Below are positions 1 through 14,071 of a DNA stretch of 64,000 nucleotides, piece by piece. The notes under the pieces are model-generated. The model ran no database searches. It was not told the origin of the DNA and saw nothing but the letters and a program-made list of their open reading frames with translations. The position numbers and the translations under genes were made by a program. Position 1 is the first letter of the stretch, and each line of letters opens with the position of its first letter. Source of the DNA: Eledone cirrhosa (taxonomy: Eukaryota); assembly GCA_964016885.1 (NCBI GenBank), contig OZ024747.1:29140001-29204000 (forward strand), in the 5' to 3' direction.

Positions 1-980
1 ACTCGAACTATGGTGGCTTTCAAAGAATCTTTGGTGCTATGGGGGTGTTCATTGACATTTTTCTCAACAGTGCTCCACACATAGTAGTCCAGTGGGTTGA
101 GATCTGGAGAATTAGGAGGCCAAATGTTGGGGGTGATGTGAGCATGTAAATTGTCAGCCATCCATTCTTGTGTCATTTGAGCCTTGTGTGATGGTGCAGA
201 ATCTTGTTGAAAGACATAAGGCCTTCCATTGCATACACTGTTGATCCAAGGCTTAACAACTTTATCCAGAACCTCAATATATGCAGCAGCATTGACCCTA
301 AGGCCTTGTGGAAAAAAGTGAGGAGGCATCACATGTCCTTCATAGTTAACAACACCCAAAACCATGGCACTTGCAGGAAATTTTGTGTGCATTACTATTG
401 GAACCTCAGAAGGGTCTGCACATAGCCACCTGTCATTTCTTCTGTTAGTTTTCTTGTACTGGTCAAAGTGTTTCTCATGTGAGAAAAACCAAATCACACC
501 ATCTTCTGATGGATTTTTAAGTTTGTTTAAAAGTCTTTTGGATCTGATTAAACGCTTTTCTTTTGTTTTTTTCTGACATGAATTGACCTCTTCTCATCAC
601 ACAAGATTTGTATCTGATATCTTCATGCACAACATGTCTGATTGTTTTTTTCTGACACATCAACACTTTTTGCAATTGACCTCATTGATTTTCCTGGATT
701 ATCATCAATGTTTTGCTTAACTTCCTGAATAAATTCAGGTGTCCTGATAGAATCAGAGCGTTTGGAATGTTTTTTACGTTTTGATACAGGTAATACTCTT
801 CCATCTTCTTTCTCTAACTCACACCGAATCTTGCAACTTTCAGAAAACGAGAAATTTCTAAATCCCCATGCTTAGCCTTCAAAGCCACAATCACAGCATG
901 CCTTTTCATTTCATTAGTAAGCATAGTTATTTTCATTGTTATTTTCTAAATACATGTCCTCAAATACTGTCCGCACCCTG
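1..980 (-). mobile_element. Tc1/mariner superfamily DD37D (maT) transposon remnant, 5' TIR at right end, cut by window start
   Basis: Minus strand ~66-212 reads FQQDSAPSHKAQMTQEWMADNLHAHITPNIWPPNSPDLNPLDYYVWSTVE, with 37 residues between the 2nd and 3rd catalytic Asp. The terminus reads TA|CAGGGTGCGGACAG on the minus strand at 980. No long open ORF remains. Confidence 0.85.
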
Positions 981-986
981 TATATA

Positions 987-1187
987 TAGAGGGTTGGCTG
1001 AAAAGTTTATGAGATGACCAAGCTACTCTCATGGAATGACCAGATGAGGTTTATTTTTCAACATAGTCTCTAGAAAGAAACAATGCAGTTATTAATAAGA
1101 AGAGTTGAAATTAATGCATGCAAAATTTCACAGCTCTAGCATCAATCTTTCATCGTCACTCTATGAACTTTTCAGCCGACTCTCTTA
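987..1187. mobile_element. Mariner-derived MITE (~200 bp)
   Basis: Imperfect ~30-bp TIRs: GAGGGTTGGCTGAAAAGTTTATGAGATGAC versus the reverse complement of the right end GAGAGTCGGCTGAAAAGTTCATAGAGTGAC; TA on both flanks. Confidence 0.65.
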
Positions 1188-3335
1188 TACATATCGCTAT
1201 AAGTTTAAAGCTTCTAAAAATAATGGAGAAAGCTGGCTGGGTTCATTGGCGAAATGGCAACAAAGGAGGCGTGGGTTCGATTCACATGTGTGCTGATACC
1301 CATCTTTTTCCGTTCAATGGGTTTATATACCCCATTATTAGACTATATTATGCAGTCAAAATATTACGGCTGAGTTGGCTTGTTGAGTCCTATGAGTTGA
1401 AATGATGATATTTTGAAAAGATCAGCAATTCGTCGGTCAGCAGTATTTCAGTATAAATTGTTGCTCTTTTTGTTCTTTCCTCCCACAGGAAAGATGTGAC
1501 CATTAGGTTAGAATATGTAGAAGCACCATCTGTGAGTAGATTCTAATTTCACCTTGAATTTCCACAATTTCTGACATCTCTGAGCCAATTCTTTTATTCC
1601 ATTTTGAATTTTCACTAACAAGATATCTTATATTTAAAGAAGTAATATAAAAAAAAAACCTGCACCTCAAAGGCTTTTTATGTACAACTTGGAAATACAT
1701 AAATAGGAAGGTATTTCCAGTGGGTCAGCGTTCTGAGTAAGAAGTACTGCCTTTAACGGAGTTCTCTCCATTGCAAACAGTCGAGCCAGGTCTCTGGTTT
1801 AAGTATACTTTCATTCCTCCATCTTTCCATTCAAGTAGTTTCGGGAGGCTTGAAATGTATCATGGACACCACTGTATCCATCACTGATTAAATAACGTTT
1901 TATGTTTCAAATATGTTAAATGTGTCTTACATTAGATGTGTTAAAACTAGGACTCTTTCTCATGAATGTTGGTTTCAGACTGTGGGTATATGTGTTCGTG
2001 TTATTTACGAACCAACGTCTTTTCTTTCATAGACTAAAGTATTTTTCAGAATATCAAATGTAGCTATAAAAATAATTATTTTCAAACAATTCTTTATAAT
2101 TAAGAATCCGCTCTTTGCCACAACCGTTGCAGCACTGAGGGTATTGTGAACGTTTTGATGTACTTTCATGTTTGACGATTTAATTATTTCTACTGATGAA
2201 GATAGCGAGGATTTTAATGATAATCAGAATACAAAGAAAAAATAATAGACAGTGTAAACAATGGCCACAGAGAATTCATCATATAGTCTCGAAGATAAAG
2301 AGATATCGATGATTGAGGATAAAGACATCCGTGAATGAACTGCAGTTGACAACGGTATTGAATTAAACCAGCTGTTTTTTTTATATTTTCATATCAGTAG
2401 ATTGTTGACAGAGGTGTGGTTAATCTCGACAATCAAGATTCAGTAAATTTGTTCCGACAAAGATGATGACAGAAGCAACGAACTGATTAAAAAGGTTTAT
2501 TGATCTAAAGGGGTATTGATCTAAGGCTCAATCATGCAATTTCTCCTTCATTAGAACAGGACACAAGCTTCTTTGAGGAACGCAAGGACATTGGCTTCAA
2601 AAATCCAATGATTACTGCAAAACAAATCCACCGAATAAAATGTCATTTGGAAATTTTAAACTTTTTTTGATACCAAATCCCTTGAAACTGCCCATGGTTC
2701 TATGATACAAAACTGCTTATTTTAAAGTATTTTATGTAAGGACCTTTTTTAAGTTATGTTCCAAACAGCAGCTTAATAATGAGAAAATTACTTACATTAC
2801 CAAATCCACCTAAATTATTGATTATTTTCAAAATTATTAGAAAATCATAGTCTGTCTTTCATTAGTAATATGGTAACGAAAGGGTTAAAAAATCCATCGG
2901 AGAAACTGTGACGGATCCTCCGTCGGTTTCGACAATGAGCTTTCGGTTGTTCGATCATCTGAATTACAGTTCGACACTTTCACAGTTTTACCAGTCAAAC
3001 ATCTAGACTGCTAGATTTATCCGTGATCTTCATTTTGAAGACTGCAAAGTGTGATATAAGGGAGATTTGGTTGCTATTTCTAATAGGTCGAAGGACTGCG
3101 TAGAAGCTTCATTCGCTGTTGGCTCACCGGGTTTTGGTGTTAAACCCTGCAGCGTGCTAGTGAAAAAAAAAGGAGCCCACACTATGCACTGAAACTAAAC
3201 TTTTATATCAGATGTAATTTATATGAATACTATAAAAATCTATTTCTTAATTAAAACAATGATATGAAAGAAGCCAAGATTTAACGATATAGAAATGAAG
3301 TTGGCACACGCACACACATACACAGCCAGAGACAC

Positions 3336-4112
<777 letters not shown>

Positions 4113-4204
4113 CACACAACCAGACACACAACTAGACACACAACCAGACACCCACCCAGATACACAGACAGACACAGACAGACAATGTACAATGTACAAC
4201 GTAA

Positions 4205-4500
4205 GGACCTCCGTCGGTTACGTTGGAGAATGTTCCAGTTGTTTAAACAAGGGAACAACCCACTCGTGAAATTAACGCCCAATTGGCTAAGAATTCCACA
4301 GACATGTGTACCCGTAATGTATCTCTCAGGAAGATTCACGCAATACAATGTGTGACAAGATTTACCCTTTGAATAACAGGTACAACTCATTTTTTCAGCT
4401 TTAGAAACGTAAAATAGAATGTTTTGCTCAAAGACACAACGCGGAGTTAGGAATCGAATTTCACGACCTCACACTCTTGAGTCAAACATACCACATACGA
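4205..4500 (-). mobile_element. tRNA-derived SINE, degenerate
   Basis: CTCCGTCGGTTACG...CTCGTGAAATTAACG...CCACAGACATGTGTACCC matches the reverse complement of the copy at 24536-24920; B-box-like GGAATCGAA near 4450. Confidence 0.6.
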
Positions 4501-4685
4501 ATAAACAAAAGAAAATATATTTATTCAAAATAAAGAAAGTATATTTGCACAGCCGGCTGCTTACAATCCAACGCATATATGCACGCATACACGCACACAC
4601 ACAGACACACACAGACATACACCTAGACGCACACACACAGGGGCACACACAACAGAACATAGACACACACACAGTCAGATACATA

Positions 4686-6700
4686 TATAGCGAGAGTACT
4701 GGGTTGTATGAATGTAACAAGGAATACATTGTTTGTGTGTATAATATTTATTTAACAATGGTAGATAGTATAGTTGACATGTCAAAGATGAGGATGATGT
4801 TAGAATGAAGCAAAGTTAGTAGTTACCGTTTTGATTGCCAGGCAAACGCGGCTGGCAGAGGACGCCTGGCTAAAGCCAGGGCGCCGGAAGGGCAATGAGA
4901 GAAAGAGTGGTTAAAGTTGTTAGTTTTATAGGGCTCTGACCGGAAGTTGCAGAAAGGGCTCCACTTCCCGTCTAGATCCTAATCAAAACAAGGGAGACAA
5001 CCGCTACATAACCTCCCGCCAGAATTTTAGTGTATAAAAATCGAAATGAAAATATGTAGCAAGTTGGCGAGAATGTTGTAACAGGCATGAAAATTACGAC
5101 AAAAGAATGTTTGGAAAAATCAATGATAGATATCAAGGTAGCCAACCGCTCTTGGCCAGAGAACGACTGGACATCCATCTATCCATCACCCAAAGATACA
5201 ATGTAATAAAGTAAAAGTAATAGAAGAGCTCAAAGTTCAAAATATAGTTCACAGGTGTGCAATCACATGACAGCAGGAAAGAAAGTGTGTTCCAGAGAAT
5301 GAATGCAGGTGGTTTCTGTTCTGTGGTATATCGTGAAATTTCCAACCTCCGAATGGATTTTCTCACAGGAAGAATGCTGCAAAAATGAATTCTCTGGCTT
5401 TGGTGAAGCTGTGTTGATGTATTGCTGTTGCTGCTGCTGTTGTCTCGCTGAGTGAGCGTATTCGGTGTTTAAATTCACAGTAAAAAAATTTTTTTAGAAA
5501 AAATGAGTTGCGCAAAGTGCTAGAAATAGCAGCCGAAGTTGATGGTCGATGTTGAGAATGCGTTGACCTGGAAGGGTCAAGAGGCCAGCGACCAGAGAAA
5601 TAAGCATTCTTAATAAATGCGCGATTATCAACGGTAAATTTACATTGTAAATTTATAAACCGGCAAATAGAAGAATATAGCTTAAGGCTGAAGAATCCTT
5701 GGCGAGAAATGTTATCTCTGGCGTGCGGCTATGTCTGTGAGTAGAGACATCTCTGTGAATCGAGAATTTGTGCTGCCTACACGTGCCAATACAAGGTTGA
5801 AAAAAATAATATTTCTAACGCGCGAGAAAATGATAGTGCAATTTTGAAAGCGACAACGATGAAAAAGAAAGGCTTCACTCAGCATAATTATTGGTGTGAA
5901 CTTTGGAAAAAAACAAAAAACTTGAACGATGAAGAAAACGATGAACAAAAATGCAATGGTTCATCGAAAATAAATGTTCCTGTTGAAATGTTTTTTGAAG
6001 AATATCAAATTTCTTTTTTTTTTTTTTTTTGTTGTTGTTTTGAAAGAGTTCGTTGTAAGACACGAGAAACATATATATATATCGTGAAATGTTTTTTTTT
6101 TTTTGTTTTGAAAGTGTTCGTTGTAAGAAACGAGAAACATATATATATATTGGTGAAATGCGACAGTTAGTTGATGCGTGAGAGAAAAAGTCTGTCTGTG
6201 CGAATTCCACATGTGCGTGTGTGCGTGTCCTTGAGTATTTTCATAGTTTGTCGCTAAATTTGCTGTGTATTCGTAATGTTACTCACAAAACCAGATGTGC
6301 TATTTTTTTCTTTTTTGGGGGGGTGACCACTTATAGCGATGAACGGCTGCGTGTTCGTATCACGTCAGGGTTACCAATATAGCGAGAGTACTGGGTTGTA
6401 TGAATGTAACAAGGAATACATTGTTTGTGTGTATAATATTTATTTAACAATGGTAGATAGTATAGTTGACATGTCAAAGATGAGGATGATGTTAGAATGA
6501 AGCAAAGTTAGTAGTTACCGTTTTGATTGCCAGGCAAACGCGGCTGGCAGAGGACGCCTGGCTAAAGCCAGGGCGCCGGAAGGGCAATGAGAGAAAGAGT
6601 GGTTAAAGTTGTTAGTTTTATAGGGCTCTGACCGGAAGTTGCAGAAAGGGCTCCACTTCCCGTCTAGATCCTAATCAAAACAAGGGAGACAACCGCTACA
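4686..6700 (-). mobile_element. Non-autonomous LTR retrotransposon (Gypsy-like termini, non-coding interior)
   Basis: 323-bp LTRs at 4686-5008 and 6378-6700, identical by eye, with termini TGTAGCG...CGCTATA on the minus strand. TSD CATA at 4682-4685 and 6701-6704. PBS and a purine-rich tract GGCGGGAGG are present. No gag/pol ORF in the 1.37-kb interior. Confidence 0.9.
6359..6376 (-). promoter_or_regulatory. Primer-binding site complementary to tRNA-Trp 3' end
   Basis: Minus strand TGGTAACCCTGACGTGAT, 1 nt from the 5' LTR; differs at 2 of 18 positions from the metazoan tRNA-Trp PBS TGGTGACCCCGACGTGAT. Confidence 0.8.
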
Positions 6701-6754
6701 CATACATTGGCATCTATACACCCACACACCACATACACAAAGACGAAGCAAAAT

Positions 6755-6960
6755 ATATTGGTTTCTAATTTAGGCAGGATAACAATTTGAGGAGAAGGGA
6801 AATCGATTATATCGGCCTAGTAATTCACTCGTACAATATTTTATCGATCCCAGAAAGATGAAAAGTTAAGTTGATCTCGGTGGGATTTAAACTGAGAACG
6901 AGAAGACCCAGAACTAAATGCTGCTAGGCCTTGATCTAATGTCACTGCCAATCTATTGCC
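6755..6960 (-). mobile_element. tRNA-derived SINE, degenerate
   Basis: TTTTATCGATCCCAGAAAGATGAAAAG..AAGTTGATCTCGGTGGGATTTAAACT recurs at ~9340, ~20825 and, reverse-complemented, at ~24290. Confidence 0.6.
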
Positions 6961-7192
6961 AAGACAAAGTAAAAAAAAACTCAAAAGAAAATAGCTCCTA
7001 TCCGATGATAATATAGTTTGCAGTGTCAATTGGAATGAATATATTCTATTCTGTCATGATTCTACTCTAAATTACTTTGGTGTTAAACTTATTTACTGAA
7101 ATCATACTATTAAATAGCTTATGAAATGGAATGGAACTTTATTAATACTTAGACGTCCAACCATAGTACATTTACACTCACACTGCATACGT

Positions 7193-7318
<126 letters not shown>

Positions 7319-7770
7319 GTAGCCGTTTTCAGTTTAAAGCGAATTTGACAAGTAATGCACCGAAGCGAAAGATAAAATAAATATGAAAAACATAAAATGA
7401 AATAAGAAATAAAATAATGAGGTAAAGCGAATGTTTGGAAATAATAAAAAGCAATTTTTTTTCTTTGGAGAGAAGATGTGATTGAGGTCTGTGAGAAACG
7501 GTTCAATTACACATGATAAAATGAAAATGGTGTTTGGATCAATGTGTCTCAAGCCAAAATGGACGGTTGTCAAATTGAATAATTATGAGGTTGTTGGAGT
7601 TACTAGAAAAAACAGCTAAATTTCCATAAAATCACTTCCTAACATTTTAAAACAAAACAAAACAGGAAGGATGATTTTGGTGATGGATTATTTGTCGGTT
7701 TCGACGATGAGCATTCATTTGTTCAGTCAATGTGGTAGAATATGGTAGAATATTTCATATACGTCTACTC

Positions 7771-8144
7771 CTGGGTTTCCCAACCTGTTTTTCAGACAGC
7801 GCCTCCCTTTGGGCGCAAACTTTTTTGTCAAGCCCCCATCCCCCCCGTCAAATTAAATATCAAATAAGATACTGAATTCACAAAACTTAGCACATTATCT
7901 GGTGTATGGCCGCAGTTCAAATGGGTACAAAACATAAAGCAAATGTGTGTGGTCGGGCCTTTAATCACCAGGGTCAATTTAAGTTCAAAGTGGAAAAAGT
8001 GTTTTTAAAATTTTTGAAAATTTGAAAGAAAAAAAATGGATAAATGCCCACCGCATACCTGAGCATATTGACCGCCCCCTCAAATGAAATAAAAACTCCC
8101 AGCGCCTCCTTTCAACACAACAGCGCCCACGTTGGGAAAAGCTG
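7771..8144. mobile_element. hAT (Charlie-like) MITE inserted in a SINE
   Basis: TIRs CTGGGTTTCCCAAC / GTTGGGAAAAGCTG; perfect 8-bp TSD GTCTACTC at 7763-7770 and 8145-8152; subterminal CAGCGCC repeats. Confidence 0.85.
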
Positions 8145-10130
8145 GTCTACTCTTAATGTAATTCTTAAGTCAATCAACGTGACCCAATAAGTAACAAAGC
8201 TGACCTTTTGAATTAGAAGTACAATCCATCCGACAGGTTTTCTCATAGTTTTCGTCTACCCAATTTTACCCACTAGGTGGGTCTATTCAAGTCTATGGTA
8301 AATACACTTACTCAAGATGCCACGCGGTGAGATCGACCCAGAGCTCTCATGATTGTAAAGTGAACTTTTTAACTATAAATCCACACTTTTACCACCCAAG
8401 AACCATTATAAACAATCCAATGGGCTCCATCACAGTTTCACCGACTCAATCTCCTTCAAAATGCCGGGTGTATACCCGTGACTATGTTAAAAGACATTTG
8501 GCTAAAGTACAGTACAATGGGCTTGAACCCAGAACTACTTGAATGTAAAGCGAACTTCTAAACCACACGACATATCTGCACTTTTATAGATAATAACATA
8601 CTTACAGACAAGACACTAAAATAATGACATTCATCATTTTACTCAAACCGTTTCAAATAAATCCATTTCTATTTTACCTTTAATAAAATGAATTAAATTG
8701 GATTAATTGTTTATTAGAGCAAATATCTTACCGTGTGTATAAGGTAAAACGCAATCAATCAATCAATCAATAGGTCATTGGGTCGACCCGAGGCTATGGT
8801 AAATAACACTTGTCCAAGATGTTACGCAGTGGAACCGAACCTAGGACCTAATGATAACAAAGTGAACTCCTTAACCATTCGGTTACACTGAGTCAAATTA
8901 ACAAACAATAAACTGAAAAAAAGGCAAGATTCATCGAGTACTCTAAAATTACTCGCAAAATCACACGAATGATGAGTTACCAAGCATTCAGTAAAGCCGA
9001 ATTAATGCGATCTAAGATCTGCTAGAAGTTTCAATCAAATCTTCTTCAAATCGGATTAACTGTTTTAAAAAACGAAGGCCTCATTGGAAATGCAGTCTTC
9101 GATACACTATCTGTAAAACAAAAAGAAGACTGGATAGTTACGGCTGGAACTCCTTTGACCATAGGATAGATTAAGTCTATCCTCTAAGAGGTCATACTGG
9201 GTTTAAACTCGAAACTCAAAGAGCCGAAACATCAAGGTATATCGCCCGATGCTCTAACATTTCCACTAATTACCTCCCTGGAAAGTATGGAAGCAAAGTT
9301 GACCTCAAGGGAATGAAAGGCAAAGTTGACTTCGAGAGTATGAAAGGCAAAGTTGATCTCGGCGAGCTTTGAACTCAGAGCATTTTGTCCCAGCCCGGTA
9401 GAAGATTATCTTCAAAATCAGGTTTAACTTCATTGCATTGGTTTGACTTCCTTTCATTGGTTTGACTTCATTGCTATTTTCTCGTAAATGACATAAACAT
9501 TTTTTTATATAAAAAAAAAAAAACGGAGACAAGATATATTTGCTTTCATTTTGGTTGATATTTTTGTATATTTTACGCAGTCTATCGAGATCATTATCAA
9601 TTTATCGATTTCATATATTTTCAACCCTGATCACGCACAATAACATCTCCACAATTGATTAAGCCATTTTAACTGTCAGAATAGACTCGCAAACAACAAG
9701 CAATAACTGGATAATAAAAGTCAATATCAGAGATATAATCGATAATGTTGCATTAAATATGCCTCCATATCACAACTGAGGGATTAGGTTTATATATACT
9801 TGCAGAAAACTCATCCACAGGGCGCTGTTTCCGTTTGTTTATGTATTATATAAATAAACCCTTTCATAACAATCGACTGTTTACAGTTATTTTCTGAGTT
9901 TGAGATTTCTACATTATATATATATATGTGTATATATAGATAAATCTACCAAAAGTTTACGGTAGTGTCCAATCCGTAGAAAGAACTCAATGTAATCCGG
10001 ATATCATGAAAAGAGAAGATGCATTCAAAAACTACTTTCGGTGAAAAATAAACGGAAAACAGAGTCAAGATAAATTATTAAAAAAATAATGAATAAACAA
10101 AGAAACAGTTCCTTATATTAAAAAAAATTT

Positions 10131-10270
10131 CATTATTTTACGATCGTTTCTAGGATATATATGTGTTAGAGTTGGTATGTATATTCTATAGATCTATGTA
10201 CAATATTTATACAAACTATCAGAGGGAATATACATACCTTCACATATATATGCTGTCTTCAGAAATAATG
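10131..10270 (-). ncRNA. Type I hammerhead ribozyme with long stem II
   Basis: CATTATTT-CTGAAGA-[long hairpin: ATATATATGTG/CACATATATAT, GGTATGTATATTC/GAATATACATACC]-GAAA-C-GATC-G-TA-AAATAATG; 8-bp stem I; palindromic loop III; two mismatches at the base of stem II. Confidence 0.8.
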
Positions 10271-10926
10271 ATACTTGTTTATTGATAAGAACAAAGATTC
10301 AATACAATAGGTCTGTTTGGGAACAGGTTTTGAATTGACCAATCAGGAGATAGTGAGGGTCAAGATAGTGATATAGAATTAGGAGAACCTTAAATTATGG
10401 GTAGGGGAAGTGGATTTCAGTTTTGGATGGAAAAGAGTATTATGAATGAAGGATTACTTTAGGGAAGAAGTAGGTCATATGTTGACCTCAGAAATAATTT
10501 TATTTGTTCATTGAATAAAACCAACAAAGATCAAATATATTCTGTCTGTTTGGTAGGAGGTTTAGAATTAACCAATAGAAAGTTAATAATTGGCCAAATG
10601 GTAAAATAGTAGTAATTGAAACTTATTTTAGGGGTGAAATTAGGTCAGGTAGAAGGTATACAAGCAGTTGCTGTTATAAAATAGTAATTCCAATACAAAT
10701 ATCTAAGGTGACCAGAGTTTTAAGATAAGGATGTTAGTGAAAAAAATACATCTATGAAAAGGATATAAAATTAATTTAATTGATGGGTATATTTATATTG
10801 ATAAAATTATACTAATACATATAGATGTGATAAATAAGAGTCAGATGCAGTTGAAAAGTGCTGTTAAGGATGCGGGGAGATTAAAAGAATATAAAAATGA
10901 TATATATATATATATATATATACCTA

Positions 10927-11024
<98 letters not shown>

Positions 11025-11053
11025 CATACACATACACACACAAACATATACCC

Positions 11054-11084
<31 letters not shown>

Positions 11085-11092
11085 GTACATAT

Positions 11093-11214
<122 letters not shown>

Positions 11215-11647
11215 TTTTTTACACTCACATACATACACACATACACATACATACACACTTATATACACACACATCCATACTTATATATACATATAATTAT
11301 TGGGGGGGGGGGATTAAATTTATTAGTGGGAAATAGTAAATATATATAGGTTTCAAGGAACATGGAGTCATAATCTGAAGTTAAAGCATTATATATGTTT
11401 ACTTAATGGTATCAGTTTTAGGAAATGATATTTGTAAGAAGGAAAGCCAAATTATGTAGTTCATCAGTAGTAGAATATTAATTATAGGTTAACTAAATTA
11501 AAAATAGTTTATATATTAATTTCTAAAGTGTATATTAATTAGGTTTATGATATTTAAAGCAGAATTTTGTAATTCATCTGTAGTAGAATATTAATTATAG
11601 GTTAACTAAATTAAAATTAATTTATATATTAATTTCTAAAGTGTATA

Positions 11648-12287
11648 TTAATTAGGTTTATAATATTTAAATGTTTTTCTCAGTTTATGGTTACACGATA
11701 TTATTAATTCCTGTCGCTTATTTAATAGGATATCCTTAGATTTAATTATTTCGAAAAGTTCTTGGGAACACAATCTACATTCATTTCTACTATTTTGATA
11801 AGGGGTAGCCCTTTTGAGCACACTCCAGGTCAGGTCATATTCTATATTCCTCTTTCTATAACTATTCATTTTTTCAGCTAGAGATGTTGTATTAGCTAGT
11901 GCGGCATTTTTAAAACTATGTTTGTGGGTATTAAATCTTACCTTAAAATTGTTAGAGGTAGCTCCTATATATGAATAAATAGAGTCCTTAGTGTTAACTT
12001 TACATTTATATATTATGTTATTAACAAGGCAATTTCCTTTTAATGGACAGTTTGCCTTGTTTCTACAGTTACAACTTTTCGTGAATCCTGTATCTGAGGA
12101 GATATTATGGCTAGTTTGATGTACTGGTGGTATACTTATGGTTTTTTTACATTTATATGCATTATAGGCACTTATATTTTGTTTTATGTTTTTGGTTGTT
12201 GAATAGGAGAATTTAACTGTTGATCTATTTAAGATTTGATGGTATTTGTGGTTTGGCGGGAAGTTTTTCTCTAGGATATTAAAGAAT

Positions 12288-12292
<5 letters not shown>
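11648..12292 (-). pseudogene. PLE linker plus GIY-YIG endonuclease fragment
   Basis: CNCRNKANCPLKGNCL, IIY..SYIG, FKVRFNTH, CRLC, LLNKRQELIISCNH. The track's N-terminal YIYI run is the (TA)n tract. Confidence 0.85.
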
Positions 12293-12359
<67 letters not shown>

Positions 12360-12580
12360 AGGGATAACAAAATATCGTTATAGGTAATCCAGCTAGAGGT
12401 TGTGAATAATTCTTATTATGGATAGTTCTAGCGTCGGCGTTGTTTGCCTCAACAAGTGGTTTACGTAGATGGCGAGTTTATGATTTCACTTGTATTCCTA
12501 TGTAAGTTTATCTTGGAGTAATAAATTTGAAAAAGTGAAGAATAACATTGTCAACAGTACAACAAAGGGATTTATTTACA

Positions 12581-12685
12581 GTCTAACAATTGTTTCACTG
12601 ATTAAGATGTCTAAAAATTGCTGAACACTAGAAGCAGTGCCACTCAATTTCAAATACGATGTTAGCTAATCAGATCATCAGAGAC
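12581..12685 (-). ncRNA. Type I hammerhead ribozyme at a PLE 3' end (fragment ~12357-12750 abutting (TA)n)
   Basis: GTCT-CTGATGA-T-CTGATTAG...TTAATCAG-T-GAAA-C-AATT-G-TT-AGAC; palindromic AATT loop III; ~70-nt stem II domain. Confidence 0.75.
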
Positions 12686-13152
12686 AACTATCCGGTAAAT
12701 TTACAAATTCAAATTACAGCATCATTAATAATATTAATAATAAAGATAGAGAGAGAAAAAAAGAAAGAGAGATAGATAAAAGAAAGAAAGAAAACGGAAG
12801 GGAGGGGGAAGTCTGCAGCATCCAAGCCGCCTCACACAATATATACTCTACAAGATTGAATAAAATAAAACTATTCACACACTATATACTCTACAATTAC
12901 AACCATGATACATTAATGCTACACATGCAACACACTGCACACTCAACACATGTGGAATATGTTCATCACCGATCAAACAAAGCAACCACTAAAATAACTC
13001 CAGAAACAACAAGCTAAGCCTCATAATAATACACTAACTGGAATTTACTCTCCTTCCAATTAAACTACAACAACAACAACAAAAAACAACAACAGAAAAA
13101 TGCACAATGCTGCCTACACCTCAAGAACTACTAATACCGGCACCAGCACCAG

Positions 13153-13158
13153 CACCAG

Positions 13159-13231
<73 letters not shown>

Positions 13232-13241
13232 GCTGCTGCTG

Positions 13242-13318
<77 letters not shown>
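13153..13318. repeat. (CTA)n trinucleotide repeat with (CTG)n interruption
   Basis: Direct reading; produces the poly-T/L/V ORF artefacts. Confidence 0.95.
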
Positions 13319-13319
<1 letters not shown>

Positions 13320-13451
13320 ATTTAACAGTTTCACTGATCGTGGTAGTTACGTTATGGCTGTTAATATATTTTAATGAGCAATCATTACAATTTAATATCA
13401 CATTAATCCCAACACTTCATTTTGATTGGTTTTACTGGAGAGAGAGAGAAA

Positions 13452-13483
<32 letters not shown>

Positions 13484-13520
13484 AAGAGGAAGAAAGTGTA
13501 TGTGTGTGAGTGTGAGAGAG

Positions 13521-13573
<53 letters not shown>

Positions 13574-13739
13574 TGTTTTACTGTTGTGAACAAATCATCA
13601 AAGAGGAAAAGAGAAAGAAGAGAAAGGGAGAGATATATTGTAACGATCAGATAGTCAGAGAGAAAAAATGAGAGAGAGAGAAAAGAGAGAGAGAGAGAGA
13701 GAAAAAAAGAGGGAGAAAGAGAGAGAAATATATATATAT

Positions 13740-13786
<47 letters not shown>

Positions 13787-14018
13787 AAGAGAGAGAAAGA
13801 TATATATATATATATATAGTATTAGTTATACTATTTATGGTTATGTAAACACAAAACCTTAAGCAGTTGTAAGTATTTTACACACACCCTAAATAGTGGT
13901 AGGCAGTAATGTATTACTACCTTATTACCAGTAAGTTAAGTAGCTCAATGTAAAAACATCAGATGATTTACAGAGCAGTTATATGAAATATAAGAATCAA
14001 AGAACTGTTCAAAACATT

Positions 14019-14071
14019 ATTGTGCTTACAGCTGTTTCCTCCAAACCGAGGTTTGGATTCTTCGGAGCAAT
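14019..14071 (-). ncRNA. Minimal type I hammerhead ribozyme, CCGA core variant, left arm
   Basis: TGCT-CCGAAGA-A-TCCAAAC-CTCG-GTTTGGA-G-GAAA-C-AGCT-G-TA-AGCA on the minus strand. Confidence 0.7.

Noticed and set aside
2150-2888. piggyBac remnant (acidic stretch, ...GAAAGGG|TTAA end)
   Set aside because: Only one TIR-like end found and no convincing transposase motif.
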